Assembly: GCA_022605425.2 (NCBI GenBank)
Contig: CM061252.1
Span: forward strand, 620,001 to 684,000
Reading direction: 5' to 3'
DNA from: Hamiltosporidium tvaerminnensis FI-OER-3-3
Lineage: Eukaryota; Fungi; Microsporidia
Length of the DNA: 64,000 nucleotides
The notes under the pieces are model-generated. The model worked only from the letters and a program-made list of their open reading frames with translations, had not been told where the DNA came from and did not search any database. Made by a program: the position numbers and the translations under genes. This document shows, one piece after another, positions 1 through 13,123 of this stretch. Positions within the stretch are counted from its first letter, which is position 1, and each line of letters begins with the position of its first letter.

Positions 1-2011
1 GGATAGCCAAAGGATTATTTTAAATGCCTAAGAAATTGTAAAGATGTTTGAAAATATATTTTGAAGGTTTTGAACAAATTTTATTAGCTCTTACTTAAAA
101 TGGGAAACTATAAATAATTAATTCCGCTTCTTATTTTCGTAAATCCATCTTAGGTTTGAAATTAATTTAATTCGATACAAAAAGTTTTACATCATAAAAA
201 ATTTGACTATTACGATGGGAGAAAAAAGATTCATATCAGTCTCATTCTATAAGATTTATGATATCGAAAGTTTCTTATACAATTTAATAAAGAGTTTTTT
301 CATATTAAAATCTCTTTCTATATTCACGAAAAATGATACATTTTATCTTCTAATAAAAAATTAGATTTACATTTTTTTAAAGAAATTAAAAATAGAGGGA
401 ATGTATAGCTCTTTTTAAATGTTGTAAACAGTTAGGTGTTTTTGATTACTTTAAATAGATAAAATACATGCAGAATGAAAAGACGTTAGTTTTGCCTAAT
501 TATACCTTGGTAGAAATATCTATCCCAAAGCCAATCCTAAATACAAAAACTATAAGTATTATCTAAATTTATGTTATCCTTATACCAGGATACGACAATA
601 TTAATTATATAGAGGAATTGTGCTGAAACCCATTCTACCTCTCTAAGATTTGAAATTTGGCTGGCAAAATGATTGAATAATCATCCTAACAAAAATGTAT
701 TTTAATGGGAGAAAAAGCAAGAATAAACCTATGATGTTTATAATTTTGGAATTCCAAAAACTTAATTTTTTAAAATAAAGTAAATATTGTAGATTTTTAA
801 AGTCAGATTCCCTTAATTTTGCGCTTTAATTCCTAGAAAGTAAAATTAGAGCTATGATTTTAGAAACCTAATAAATCCTATTCTTAAATACACAGTTAAA
901 TTTAGTTATTTTATAGATTCCAAATGAGCTTTCTAGTGTTTAATATTTCTCTGTGTTTCATCTAATCATTTCATGATGTGATTTATACTTTCGCAATAGA
1001 CATTTATGAATATGATAATCAATTATAACTATTAGAATGCTCACATATAAATATAAATTCGATGTTTTAATTTAACCTACCTTTTCGATAAATGTTTTGC
1101 TGAATTTCAAATACGCGATTAAGAAGAATATAAATCGATCAACAATAGAAATTAAAATGTTTTTTAAGGAATACTAGATGTATTCAAAAGACACAAAATA
1201 ACATGGTTTTGTTATAATTTAATTCAACAACACACGCAAGACCTAAAGCATGTTAAATTTGTATGCTAGGGGGACATTATAGGAACTTTACTAAAATCAT
1301 AAAACTGCGCGTATACACAAGAAAGTCATCATTAAGATAACATATAATTATAATAACAATGCGAATATTAGATAAAAAACTAATGACGAATGAACCGTGT
1401 ACTTTAAATGAATAAAAAAGGCATCTCAGTTAAAGCAATGCGCAGGAAACGAATATTATGATTGTCTAAAAATAAACAAAAAAAAGTATATGAATGAATA
1501 TAACAATCAATCTAAACCACTAGAGGGATAAATCTAAAACAATTTTAGTTGAAACTATGATAGTTAATTAATTACAAATTCCATGAGCAAATATGTATTC
1601 ATCGGAAAATTTATCTCTCCAGTAATTTTCATTGGTTTATATATTGAATTTTATCTTTTTGAATAATAGCTCTCTACTTATCTCCCTTTTTTTAAAAAAA
1701 TGTATGAAGTTATTCCTTATAGAATATAATGAGGATTTTGAATAAATTTATTTTTTTGAATTTAATAAAAGTTTTAATTATTCGATATTTCTTTAAAAAT
1801 ATATCCAGCAATCGGTCATTTAAACCTATATTGCTTCAATATTTTCAAAATCTTTTTTGGCATCTTTTTGATATTTTTTTATCAAAAGTGGAAAAATAGT
1901 AAACCTTATTTATTTTTTAGAAGAAAGATTTCCTAAAATGGTAAAAAATTTACCCTTTAAGAAATTTCTAGAAAATTTAAAACTATAAATATGCCAGAGA
2001 AATCCATCCCT

Positions 2012-2437
2012 ATGATGAGACGAAAAAACTTCTTTGAGCCGCTTTTTGAGAATGAAAAGTTTGAGAACGACAAGATGAATATAACATTTAACTTACCAGA
2101 GGGAGTTGATCCTAATAACGTAGAAATAAAACATGAAAAGAACGCATACCACATGAAGTACAAGACAGAAAAAAAAGATGAGAAAGATGGTGTTTCTTTT
2201 TCTAGTTCCAGTTACGGATATTTCTCGCGATCATTTCCTTTTGAAATAAAGAATCCACATGCAGAAGTCAAAGAGAATAAGCTGTTTTTTAGTTTTGATC
2301 GAGGGGAAGATACTTCTGGTTTGAAAAGTATTCCAATCAAAAATGGTAATTCGAAAGAAAAAATAGTCACTAATAAAAAGGAAACAGATAGCAATGCAAG
2401 TTGTTCTTCTGGTAAGTGTCAGCATTGTGGAAAGTAA
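2012..2437 (+). CDS. Small heat-shock protein (Hsp20/alpha-crystallin-like)
   Basis: ITFNLPEGVDPNNVEIK...YGYFSRSFPF...AEVKENKLFF...IPI follows the alpha-crystallin domain pattern, with a C-terminal I-x-I motif. CCCT precedes the ATG at 2012, favouring it over 1991. Confidence 0.75.
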   Translation: MMRRKNFFEPLFENEKFENDKMNITFNLPEGVDPNNVEIKHEKNAYHMKYKTEKKDEKDGVSFSSSSYGYFSRSFPFEIKNPHAEVKENKLFFSFDRGEDTSGLKSIPIKNGNSKEKIVTNKKETDSNASCSSGKCQHCGK

Positions 2438-4801
2438 AAAAATAAAAGTAATTTGAGTAATTTTCTTTGTTATTATTCTTATCAATTTCAAATCCAAATT
2501 TAATCTTTATATTAAATATTAAATACTTTATTCAAATACTGAATTTTTATTTGTCTTTTGGCAAATTAAACATACATCAGCTGTTTATTTTCTCTTACTT
2601 TTCGATTTGGTTCAAATCTTTAATTTTTTGTCAGCAACCAATCATCTAAAATCAAAGTCGAATAAATAGCATCTTTATTGGCTCGAATCTTTATCCAGTG
2701 ACAGTTCATTATCAATTAAGATGTTGGTTTAATGTGGTTTTCGACTTTTAGTACATCAATTATGACTTTTTTTCAACACAGATTAGCATTCGGTCTTGGC
2801 TACAGCATTTTATTTTAAATTTAGAGAAATGAGTTGAAATTTCTTATTTTACATTCTTGATTCGGTACAGCATCTGTATGTAAGTATTTACGTGCTCAAT
2901 AGGGCACATTTTATGATATCTTCTCACAAGATCATCCCAGTTTATAACATTTTTAATTACCATACTACTAATTATATTAAAGAATGTCGAAACATTGTAA
3001 CAAATTGTGAATTATTAAGTTTCAAATTTACAAAATGAAGGATACTGCTAATTTGGAACCGAATGCTGGAAAAATACGCTTTAAAAGGCTAAACAGGAGC
3101 TTTTACATATGATTATGGCTTTGCACCGTATAATTTGTTCATATAGGGAGCCTTCGAAATATATGTTTCGAAAATGCAAAATGAGTGGAAACTCTGCTAG
3201 TCTTATGGGAAAACAAGGTGGTTTTAACTACTGCAATCACGTTCGTGTAACTTAAATTAAGGAATTCCAAGCATCCGCCTTGCTCGTTAAAGAGGTTTTA
3301 CACACGTTTCAGTTATAAGCATAGAGATCTAAAAATCGTATTGGTCGATTGAGCTGAAATGCAGTTATTTATGTCTAACTTGGAGCACCATTGATTTCAT
3401 AAAAATAAATCATATCACTTTTTTAGGAAGATCTGATATCATTTACTCAATCGAGTATTGTAAAAACGACTTCGACTACTCTTTTCGAAATTTTCTATTG
3501 GTTTGAAACGTAAGACACTAATAATAGGTTTATAAAGAATTGAGTTTTATGATTTGTTTATAATCTCAAAGATCAATGAAATTATGCAGTAATAGAACAT
3601 GAAACACTTTAAAGGTTTTACTATCTCACAAAAAACTTCATAATAACCATTGTTAAAGATTCTTTCTAGGTCATGGTTCAACATAACTATAACGTTTTAA
3701 GAGTATTGATTTTTTACTGTTTTATGTTTTGATTTTTAAGGTAGAATTCAATCAGTAATATTTTCATAGATTCTTTATGAGTAGAGGGAGAATAACCACA
3801 ATAAAAATATCTGCTTTACTTAGAGTGTGTGAAATTGATCCAATAATCATTTTGACATTTTAATGGAATATGAACTACACGGATCTAAAGCCAATTCATT
3901 ATAATGTCGAATTACAATAGATTAAAAGAAAGAAATGTAAAACTTCCACTTTTCATGTGCGAAACCGAAATGTAAAATAAGAATGGAATATGTAAGCACG
4001 TTTCTTTGTATGAGTTTTCAGTGATACATGACAATTATAGGTTGTAATTGATGGTTTTTTTTATCATTCCCTAATGTTTATTTATACATTTGTATTCTAT
4101 GATAATACAATAAAAATTTTGGTTTAAATGATAGTTTCGAATTCGTTACCTCCTTAAAAAATAACGCTTTTTATAATCAGATAAGGATGTAATGCAATTA
4201 TTGACTTAACTAATACATCAATTATGACAGTAGAAAACTGATTTTATAAAAAAAAACTTAATACATTTTAAAAAACGCAAAAAAAGCTGAATGAAATAAA
4301 AATAGATTGTAGATTTAACTCAAAAACAGAAATTAGAGCGTAAACTCTGGAAAGAATCAGCATATAGATCAGAATAAAAAAAATATGCAATTTAAATAGC
4401 ATCATGATTTTTATTTGGAATCGCTTAAAGCCTTCTAATTATTCGGATATGAAATACTAAAAAATATACGAAACACAGACCAAAAGATGAAATAAAATTC
4501 TAACGAAAAGATTAACAAATTATGGCTCGGATTATGAAGTTAAAGATCATATAAATTTACTTTATTTTTTTTAATTTAAAATTTTTAGGTTTTTACGGTC
4601 TCAAAAGTTAGTAATACTAATTTAAGTAAAATAAATAAATAACTATAATTGGAAATTAAAATAAATTTTACTTTTTTACATTTTTATTTTTTTTATTAAA
4701 AATTTAACGAAATAAAAAAGTAAAATTATTAGTATTTCAAACTTATTATATGTAAAAGAACTGTAAGTATTATAAAGTAGAAAGCTATTTTTTTTTATTT
4801 T

Positions 4802-5419
4802 TTACTTGCAAATTCCACAGAAAAGTTTCTCAAAAAATTTTTTAAAAGAAAAACCTTTTTTAGTTTCATGTTCATTGTGCAAATACTCTGCTGCAAATCG
4901 AAAAATATTATCAAGTCCAATGCCATCTTTAGCAGAACATTCAAAATATTTCAAAGCACCTATTTCGTTTGCCAAATCCATTCCTTGGAATGTAGTAACT
5001 GGTATGGATCCATGACTAACCATATGTTCTAATCTATCACTATCTCTACGTAGATCACTTTTTGTACCTACTAAAATGTAAGGTACATTCCGACAATGAA
5101 ATTTGAGTTCAGGCATCCATTTATTCTTTACAGCTTCAAATGAATTTCTATCATCAATGGAAAAACAAATAATAAGTAAATCAGTGTCAGGATACGTAAG
5201 TGTAATTATTCTATTGTAATCTTCTTGTCCAGCAGTATCCCATAGCCATAATTCTACTACCTGTTTTTTTATTTCGTAAGCAGCAAATGAATTCTGGAAA
5301 ACTGTAGGTGTATAATCAGTAGTGAATGTGCCTTTGGTCAGTTTAACCAAAATACATGTTTTACCACAAGCACCTTCTCCAACAATTGTTATTTTTTTTG
5401 TTATTCTTTTTTTAGTCAT
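4802..5419 (-). CDS. Rho-family small GTPase
   Basis: GEGACGKT, YTPTVF, WDTAGQEDY, GTKSDL and ECSAK motifs plus a Rho insert. CCCCCT lies immediately before the ATG. Confidence 0.95.
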   Translation of the reverse strand: MTKKRITKKITIVGEGACGKTCILVKLTKGTFTTDYTPTVFQNSFAAYEIKKQVVELWLWDTAGQEDYNRIITLTYPDTDLLIICFSIDDRNSFEAVKNKWMPELKFHCRNVPYILVGTKSDLRRDSDRLEHMVSHGSIPVTTFQGMDLANEIGALKYFECSAKDGIGLDNIFRFAAEYLHNEHETKKGFSFKKFFEKLFCGICK

Positions 5420-7859
5420 AGGGGGTGTTAAATTACTTGTTTAAGTTTTGTTTATATAAATATTTTATTGAAATTTATTTAAGTTTTTTTTATAAAGAAA
5501 ATAATGTTTTATTTTTTGTTTTTTTTAAATAAAAATTTGCGGTTTTTTAATTTTTAATTTTAAATTTATTAAGATTTTATGCTTTTTTAAAAAGTTTTGG
5601 TTTTGAGACCCTAAGTAAAGGAGTAGTGTTTTTTTTTCTAATGACATAAAAAAAGAAATTAAGCACTCTAAGAACTAGTTTTATGCGCTATTTGGCTTAG
5701 AATGGTTTCTAGGGTGTATAAGTAAAATATCAATGATGTATATTCTATTTAGTAATAGTTTAGAGTATTTAGCGACTTGAAGTGAAAAAATTTGGAAAAG
5801 GGCGCCAAAAAACAATTTAATAAAGTTTCTATATATATTTTTACTTCTATTTTACAAATCAAAATTCAAGTCTACAAAACGAATTAGGAGTCATAATTTA
5901 ATAGTTAGTGAAACTGAGTATGCCAAAATAAGAGTGGACCAATATAAAAATGGGTGGTAAAATCCCTAGTCATAGCGCAAATATTTTTATGCTAGGTAAG
6001 AAATTTTATAAGACTGTTGTTGAAGTTGAAACCTAAACAATGCTTAACTTTACATCTTATAATCCAAGAAAATAGGGAAGTGAGACTTGTTGGTTTAAGA
6101 ATTTTTCTCGTTTATAACTTCATATAAGTTTTTTTTTGATAGCCATAGATGATATTGTTACAAAAAATAAGATAAATCATAAGAACTCTGAAAACTATAA
6201 ATATAGGAATATATAAAATAAATAGATTCAAAACTACACACGAATTTATATATTTATGTCGACATGATGGGATATAGTCAAGACTGAAAACCGATGTTTA
6301 TGGAAATGTTTACATCTATCAGAAATACTAAAATTCGAAATATATTGCAACTCTATCTCTATTAAAAATGCAAAGCAACGAGGAAGGACTTAAGCCAAAA
6401 GCGATGAAAAATTTGGAATTTTAACTTGGATGAGACTGTATACAAGAGTTAATCCGAAATTTTAAGATTGAAACTGATATTAAAGAAGTTTCTAATAAAA
6501 AAGACATGAGGATGGACTATAGCAACAATGACATAAAAAAATTTCAAGCAGCGTTTTTCATAAAAATTTTTTATAAAATATACTATTTAGCTATTTTCGC
6601 ATTCCAACTATAAGATAAAATTTGATTCTTCTGCTAATGTTTTTTTAGAACTCTAACAACTTTAAACTTTAAGATTCATAATTTTGAAATAAAAAATTAT
6701 TCAAAACTATGAACATCAAATTGATTTTTTTTAAAAACATGATTGTTCTTTTGTTTATTCGAAAAGAAAAGTTGAAATATTCTGCAAATATTAATAAAAA
6801 AAATGAGTAATATTGTTTTTTTTAGAAAAATATTCTTTTCATTTCTTTCTCATTTTTCTTTAAAATTATCTTCGATATCTTTTATTATGTATCCATCAAC
6901 TTTTTAACAAGATTATTCTATAAGCAATTGATATATCAATTGAGTGTTCCAAACATATTGTGGAAATCCTTTTTATTATGATTATTTTTACTTCATTCTT
7001 ACCGAACATCTTTATAAATACAAAGAAAATATAAATGATTTCATCTAAATGGTATTGTATTCCAGATTCAAAAGTACATATATATGTTTAGATATTTGGA
7101 AAAAAATAGATTCACAAAGAAATTGTGTCAGAAAAATATGAAAAATATAAATTCAATATATAAGTGTAGGTTCTTGGCAAAATTCATAAAAACTTTCATC
7201 ATTAGCAAATTTGTGCTATGTAAATAAAGATTACTACTTGCTTTATCAAGATCCTTGAATAAATAAATCGTTCAAAAATAAAATTTTGATATTCATGTAA
7301 AATTTTGTGATTTCTATTTTTTGAATTTTAATGATTAAATTCTCAAAATCGTTTTAATATTATTTTAGATGCTTAGAAGTTCTAAGATGTCAAAATTAGT
7401 TAAAGCATATAATTGTTTTTTTTTTAAAAAACAATTACATAATCGGGTCTGAATATAAGACTAATTTTTATAAACATAGATGTGAATTTAATTGTGCATA
7501 ACTGCCTAAAATTACATCTCGAACACATGGTCTTTCTAATATTTTAGGTCCTGAAAAAAATTCGCAAGTTTGCTGTAAAAGAAGTTGATTTGTAACACAA
7601 ACTGATAATCAATCACTATTTACAAAAAATTGTGTAATTTTATCTTTATTTTTATAATTTTTTTTTTAAATTTACCAACTTGAATTTAGGTTATTCGCTT
7701 TTCGATTAGACTTTTCTATTATATTTAGTATCGATGCCTCATCTTCGGTCTTTTTTTTTAGAAGGATGGTTTATAATTTTAGATTTCTCTTGTTTATTTT
7801 TTCTTCATATATGTAAATATATTCCTCACTATGCTAAGAGCAGAATTGGCTTGGAGTAT

Positions 7860-8056
7860 TCCCTGTTTGCAGAAAGAGGCGACTAAAAGAGACTGGTCTT
7901 CTAGGCTAAACTTAGGGCTAAAAACCCACCTTTAAAACCACCTTGTCACGAAATCAAAAAAAGTAAATGAACCCACTGAAAAGAGAACGGTAGACGGCAT
8001 TACCGAGGGAAGCCAAGGCCTGTGCAGAGCTGTAGAGCCGTGAATTAATGAATGAA
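7860..8056 (+). mobile_element. Short RTE-type retroelement remnant (3' tail)
   Basis: GC-richer island with AGAGGCGACTAA, ending GAAGCCAAGGCC..GCTGTAGAGCC followed by a (TGAA)n-like tail. This resembles RTE-clade 3' ends (EAKA..L*). Recognised from memory, not searched. Confidence 0.45.
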
Positions 8057-8683
8057 AATATGCAAGAAAAATTGTTATGATTAGCCAGCAATAAAAATAC
8101 AACCACTTATAATAACTAAAATCGTTTTTCACAAAAATAATCATTTTCTGTGGGTATTATAAATTATCTTATGTTTCAAGTATTTATTTATGATTTGTAT
8201 AAGATAAAAAAAAACCATTGCTTTCCAATAATATATTTTTGGGTTAATATGCAGGGGTTTTTCTATTCCTATAGATTAATCTCTTTGAGGTAATCTTAAT
8301 TTAAAAATAGTATTTTTTAAAAAAATCTCATTAATCCAGAATATACATAACCGCTTATTCTTATATTTTATGTTCTTAGTTTGATAGAAACTTAAGTAAA
8401 ATATATTTGAAAAACCATTTCTTTTTAAAACAAAAAGACATATTTGTGAATTGAAAACAATTTAGGATAATTTGAAGAAAATAGGTGTAAATAGCATAGG
8501 CCATTATAAGTTACGCACGATAGAATTTGCAAAATTAACTTAAATCCTACTCGGAATGTAGTCCAAACCCTCTAGGCTTCTTTCAATCTAACTTTTCTGA
8601 AAAAATCCATGCAATCTTAAACTCTTATCAATCATTCTTATATTTTATCAAATCAAATAAATCAAATAGATAATTTATATATA

Positions 8684-10360
8684 GGGTTTTTCGATCAATA
8701 TAATAATCCTTGCAATCAATATAATAATTTTTCGATCAATATAATAATCCTTGCAATCAATATAATAATTTTTCGATCAATATAATAATCCTTGCAATCA
8801 ATATAATAATTTTTCGATCAATATAATAATCCTTGCAATCAATATAATAATCCTTGCAATCAATATAATAATTATTTTTAAAAAATAGAAATTTATAAAA
8901 TAAAAATTTAAAAAATAAAATTATAAATAGTACTTGAGATTTATTATTACTCAAGAATCATTTGCCCTACCTCAGACTTTTGCAAATATCCTAACATTTT
9001 ACGGTAAAAAGAACTACAATGTTCTCCCGTGATCTCATTAAATTTTTCACAAATTAATATTCTCAAATGAGGCTCAGTACGAGCACCACCTCGAATTACT
9101 TTATTTTTCTAGACTGAGAATACATTCTCAATTTGATTAAGAAATGGAGAGTAAGGTGGAAGATATTTTATTCGATACGAAGCAATTTCCTCATCATCAT
9201 TCAATCCACGATAATGATGAATTCTCGCATTGTCCATTACAAATATTGGAGTCAAAATTCCTTGCCTTTGACAACTTTCATTAATCTCCTTAATAAATAA
9301 TTTGAAATCCTCACCATTTACGGCCCTCTCATGAACCTTATTGTATATCATACCATATTTGTTCATTGCTGCGACTACTGAAATATTTCTACTTCGAGCT
9401 GCTGTTACAGATAGGTATGCAGATTCACCTTTCATGTTACGACCTCTACTGGGGCGTGTAACATCTGCAAACCCAACTTCATCTAAAAAGACAAAGTTTT
9501 TGTCATCGTTATCAACCTCCAACTCACGAAAACTAGTTGCGTAATTGGTTCTATGCTCAATTGTCGAAAGTGTATTTCTACGCTTAGGCACTAATGTTAC
9601 ACGCTTTAGAGTGTAATGGAACTCCCTTAGTGCACGATCAATTGTACTAGTTGACACATCAATATTAAATGTACTTTGACCCATTCTGCCAACTCATACA
9701 GGGTTTTTGTACATTCCAAATCAACATAGGCTTGTAAGTTCTCTTTTATTTCCAAGGTTAACTTTGAGCGCCTATCACCACTTCTTTTATCGACAAATAC
9801 CAAGCCAGTGTTTAAATATCGTCTAACGATACTATTAACCGTCTGGTAATTTATTCATACATCGAGGCAATTGCGGACATAGAATAGCCTTCTAATGTCT
9901 TTTCAATTATGCGTTCCCGATCATTAATAGAAACTTTTTGTTTCCTCAGAGTTGGAATAGTGGTTATGGAGAGATTTTCATCATTTGATCCCGATGTTTC
10001 TGCAAGACACTTCAAAACATTGTCATTTTCGCACTCTATACATTTTGGTGTTTCACCTACATGAAAATCATATTTGTTCTCGTTGGTATTTTTACCTGAA
10101 AAAGAATTTGACATTGGAGTTAATTTTATAATGAATGAATTATTTTTTAAATTTTTATTTTATAAATTTCTATTTTTTTAATTTTTTTTTAAATTTCTAT
10201 TTTTTAAAAATAATTATTATATTGATTGCAAGGATTATTATATTGATTGCAAGGATTATTATATTAATCGAAAAATTATTATATTGATTGCAAGGATTAT
10301 TATATTGATCGAAAAATTATTATATTGATTGCAAGGATTATTATATTGATCGAAAAACCC
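8684..10360 (-). mobile_element. Tc1/IS630-superfamily DNA transposon with ~230-bp TIRs
   Basis: GGGTTTTTCGATCAATATAATAATCCTTGCAATC at 8684 and its reverse complement ending at 10360. TA dinucleotides flank both sides. Internal transposase fragments are present. Confidence 0.92.
8960..10114 (-). pseudogene. Disrupted DD34E transposase
   Basis: FVFLDEVGF, VMDNARIH and LPPYSPFLNQIE, with 34 residues between the second D and E. An HTH-like N-terminal fragment lies at 9851-10114. Stops at 9851 and 9109 interrupt the frame. Confidence 0.9.
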
Positions 10361-12865
10361 TATATATCAGTGCGCTTGAAAAATTATGATCAAGAAAATT
10401 AAAAAAGAATTTGGAAAATAAAAGGTTTTTTTATCTTATTTATTTATTTTATTCATAACATTCAATGCAATTCTGATCAAAACTTATGAAATAACGAAAT
10501 ACATGATTAGACGGTTTCTCTTTATTCGAAAAATCATTCTTGATATTTCTCGAGTTCTTTGATATTCTTTATCAATTTAAAATTTTTATGACAGAAATAT
10601 CATTCTTTCCGAAAATGTGGTTAGAAAATGAAAGAAGAAACTGGTGGAATCATTGGCTTTAATTTAGGCCTTTTCTCATAAAAAAGTTATTGTGTAATAA
10701 TTTAGACGCAATAAAAGATTTCGCGAGAAATTTAATAGGTAACTCAATTATGGTGGTAAAAACCAAGCTTAGTAGTAGAAAAAAATCTTTGCTTAACAAA
10801 TTAAAAATAAGAAATTTCGTTTATGAAATGGCTTAAAAGGAATATTATATAACGAAATATAGAATTCTGTATGAATAAACGATTTTTTTTTTCAAAATGT
10901 ATAATTCCAAATTTAGAATTACTTGACAAACAAGACACTTTTTTAAACAACATATAAAAAGCCGTTATATCTTTTTAGATATAAATCCAAAGAGACCTCA
11001 AAAATTATTAATTGCAACAGCGACCATACCCTTTTGGTATTTATTTTGTGTATATAATTAAAAAGTATAAATCAACATAACATCGAACATACGTAAGAAA
11101 TGATAATAAAACAGCCTTGAATTCATGAAATGTCTTTTTAGATTATAAATTGTCCGGAAGAGGTCAGAATAAGGCTTAAACTGCGAATTTCATAACAAAA
11201 AATGCTAACATGGCATATTAAAAAAATATAAAAATCTAAAAAGGAGGAGCCAATACATCTTAATGACACACTTCAAATACTTAAGAGTATAAAATCAAGT
11301 TAAACAGCGATGTTGCTTGTGTTAGATCTAAGATATAAATGTGTCTCGGTGTGTAGAAAAATTGGATGAAACCATAGTCATTAATGCAATCGAATGAATT
11401 TTTTAGTGAACCCTCGTAAAATGTTCATAAAGATATTAACAGAAACAATGATTTTATTTTTAATCAGTAGCCATTTTTTTGAACTATAAAGTATTGTAGT
11501 ATTCGAAATAATTCGGATGACGCTGTTGAAAAAATTATTCAAAATAGATATCTAAAAATTATTAGAATCACAAAAAAAATTGTAAAAAATCCTGTAATAC
11601 AGCAGTGATTTTTTTTGCTAAGCATATATAAAATTACAAACATTTAGGGCGCAATTTCTTAATAAAGTTTTTTTAAAAAATTGTTGAAACCGACTAACTA
11701 GAAATGTACGAGCCTATAATTGTTGAGTGTTTCACATTCATAAATTTTGTTTGAAAATAACTCTCTATGTAATATCATTGTATTTTATTGTAAAACCATT
11801 AAATTTGTACCAATACTATCTATACAACCACAATAATGAAGTAATATGTTCCCACGGTGAGCTTAAAATACCTAAGAAAGAAGTTAACTTTATCTAAGAA
11901 TAAATTCATACTCAGAACTAACTGTTTATGAAAGCTTAGAAAATAGAATTCAAAAATGCGATAGCGAAGTAAATCTTATTTACTCTTACATAGGAATACT
12001 TGAAAAAGAGGTTTTTTTAAGAACAAGAGCAACTTTTCTTAACTCATGTTGCATATAAAATAACCAAAATCAAAGTATTTAAGCAAAATATATTTTATAT
12101 TCTTGTGAAAAGAAAGTGCTTTGGATTAAATCGGTGAAAAATCCAACAGTATTAACGGTATTTAATCTATCTTATTCTAAAATTTTCTACCAATATAAAT
12201 TCTGTCGAAAAAAAACAGCATTTCGCAAGAAAATATAGCTAGATTTCAAAGTATATCTCAAGCTTCAGAAATTAAATTTTTTTTAAATGTTTAGTTGTCT
12301 GTTCTGGTTCTCAATTAAAAAATTTAAAATTTTATTAGATTTTTCAGTTTAGACAGTTTTTCAGAAATCAGCCAAAAAAATTTTTAGAAGTAAAATTTTA
12401 ATTTATGTGAAAATTAACAATTTAAATTACTTTGTATAATAGGCATACTTGACTAATATGGTTGTATAATTAGATTGTTATTTCCTGACTTATTACTATG
12501 AATTTTGTAAAATAAAAAAAGTTTGAATAAATTTGCCTAATTTACTCAAAATAGAATCACGTTTTTCCACAATAATTTTTTGGATATATTAAACTCAATT
12601 AAAATTTCTGGCTTTACATACCCTAAATTTACAACAAATATCTTCTATAATGAAGTAATTAATTTAAAAATTCATTATTTATATATGAACTAACTTAAAT
12701 CGATACATTTTATAAATTTGAAACTGTAAAATTTTTTAAATGGATAAACAGAAACTCAAGTTTATAATAATTAGAATATTAGAAAATTTAAATTATAAAT
12801 GTAAATAACAAATTTACATGTATTAATCGATTTAAAAGTTTCAATAGGATCATGCAACATATTTC

Positions 12866-13123
12866 ATGATGGGTTTAAATTTATTTATTTTCTTTGTATA
12901 TATTAAATCTACATTTGTAGATGCTTGTTTCTCAATAAGAAATAGCGTTCGTAAAAACACCACTTCAAGAGAACCCTTAAGATTTGGTAGATCTATTGCA
13001 GAAGAAAATGATGAGAAGGTAATACAAATATCTTCGGATAATAACTTTAAAAATATATATAATCAGTTGTCTGAAAATGAAAATAAATTTGCGGGAAAAA
13101 GAAATCACCGAATCGATAAATGA
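12866..13123 (+). CDS. Small secreted protein resembling an RFamide neuropeptide precursor (RK-NTTSREPLRF-GR)
   Basis: Hydrophobic N-terminus, dibasic RK, then LRF-G-R. Ungapped similarity to the 17214 locus supports coding status. Probable +1 frameshift near 13093. Confidence 0.65.
   Translation: MMGLNLFIFFVYIKSTFVDACFSIRNSVRKNTTSREPLRFGRSIAEENDEKVIQISSDNNFKNIYNQLSENENKFAGKRNHRIDK

Noticed and set aside
2417-2434. Hsp20 tail CQHCGK identical to the retroelement zinc knuckle
   Set aside because: Only six residues with no flanking similarity; likely coincidence.
3317-3350. KHRDLK kinase-like motif
   Set aside because: No open frame or other kinase subdomains could be traced.
8684-8870. CRISPR-like periodic repeats
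   Set aside because: No unique spacers; they are transposon TIR subrepeats in a eukaryote.
13088-13102. Second amidation-like signal FA-GKR in ORF 12866
   Set aside because: Removing one G restores FAEKE, matching the paralog's FVEKE, so GKR probably results from a frameshift.
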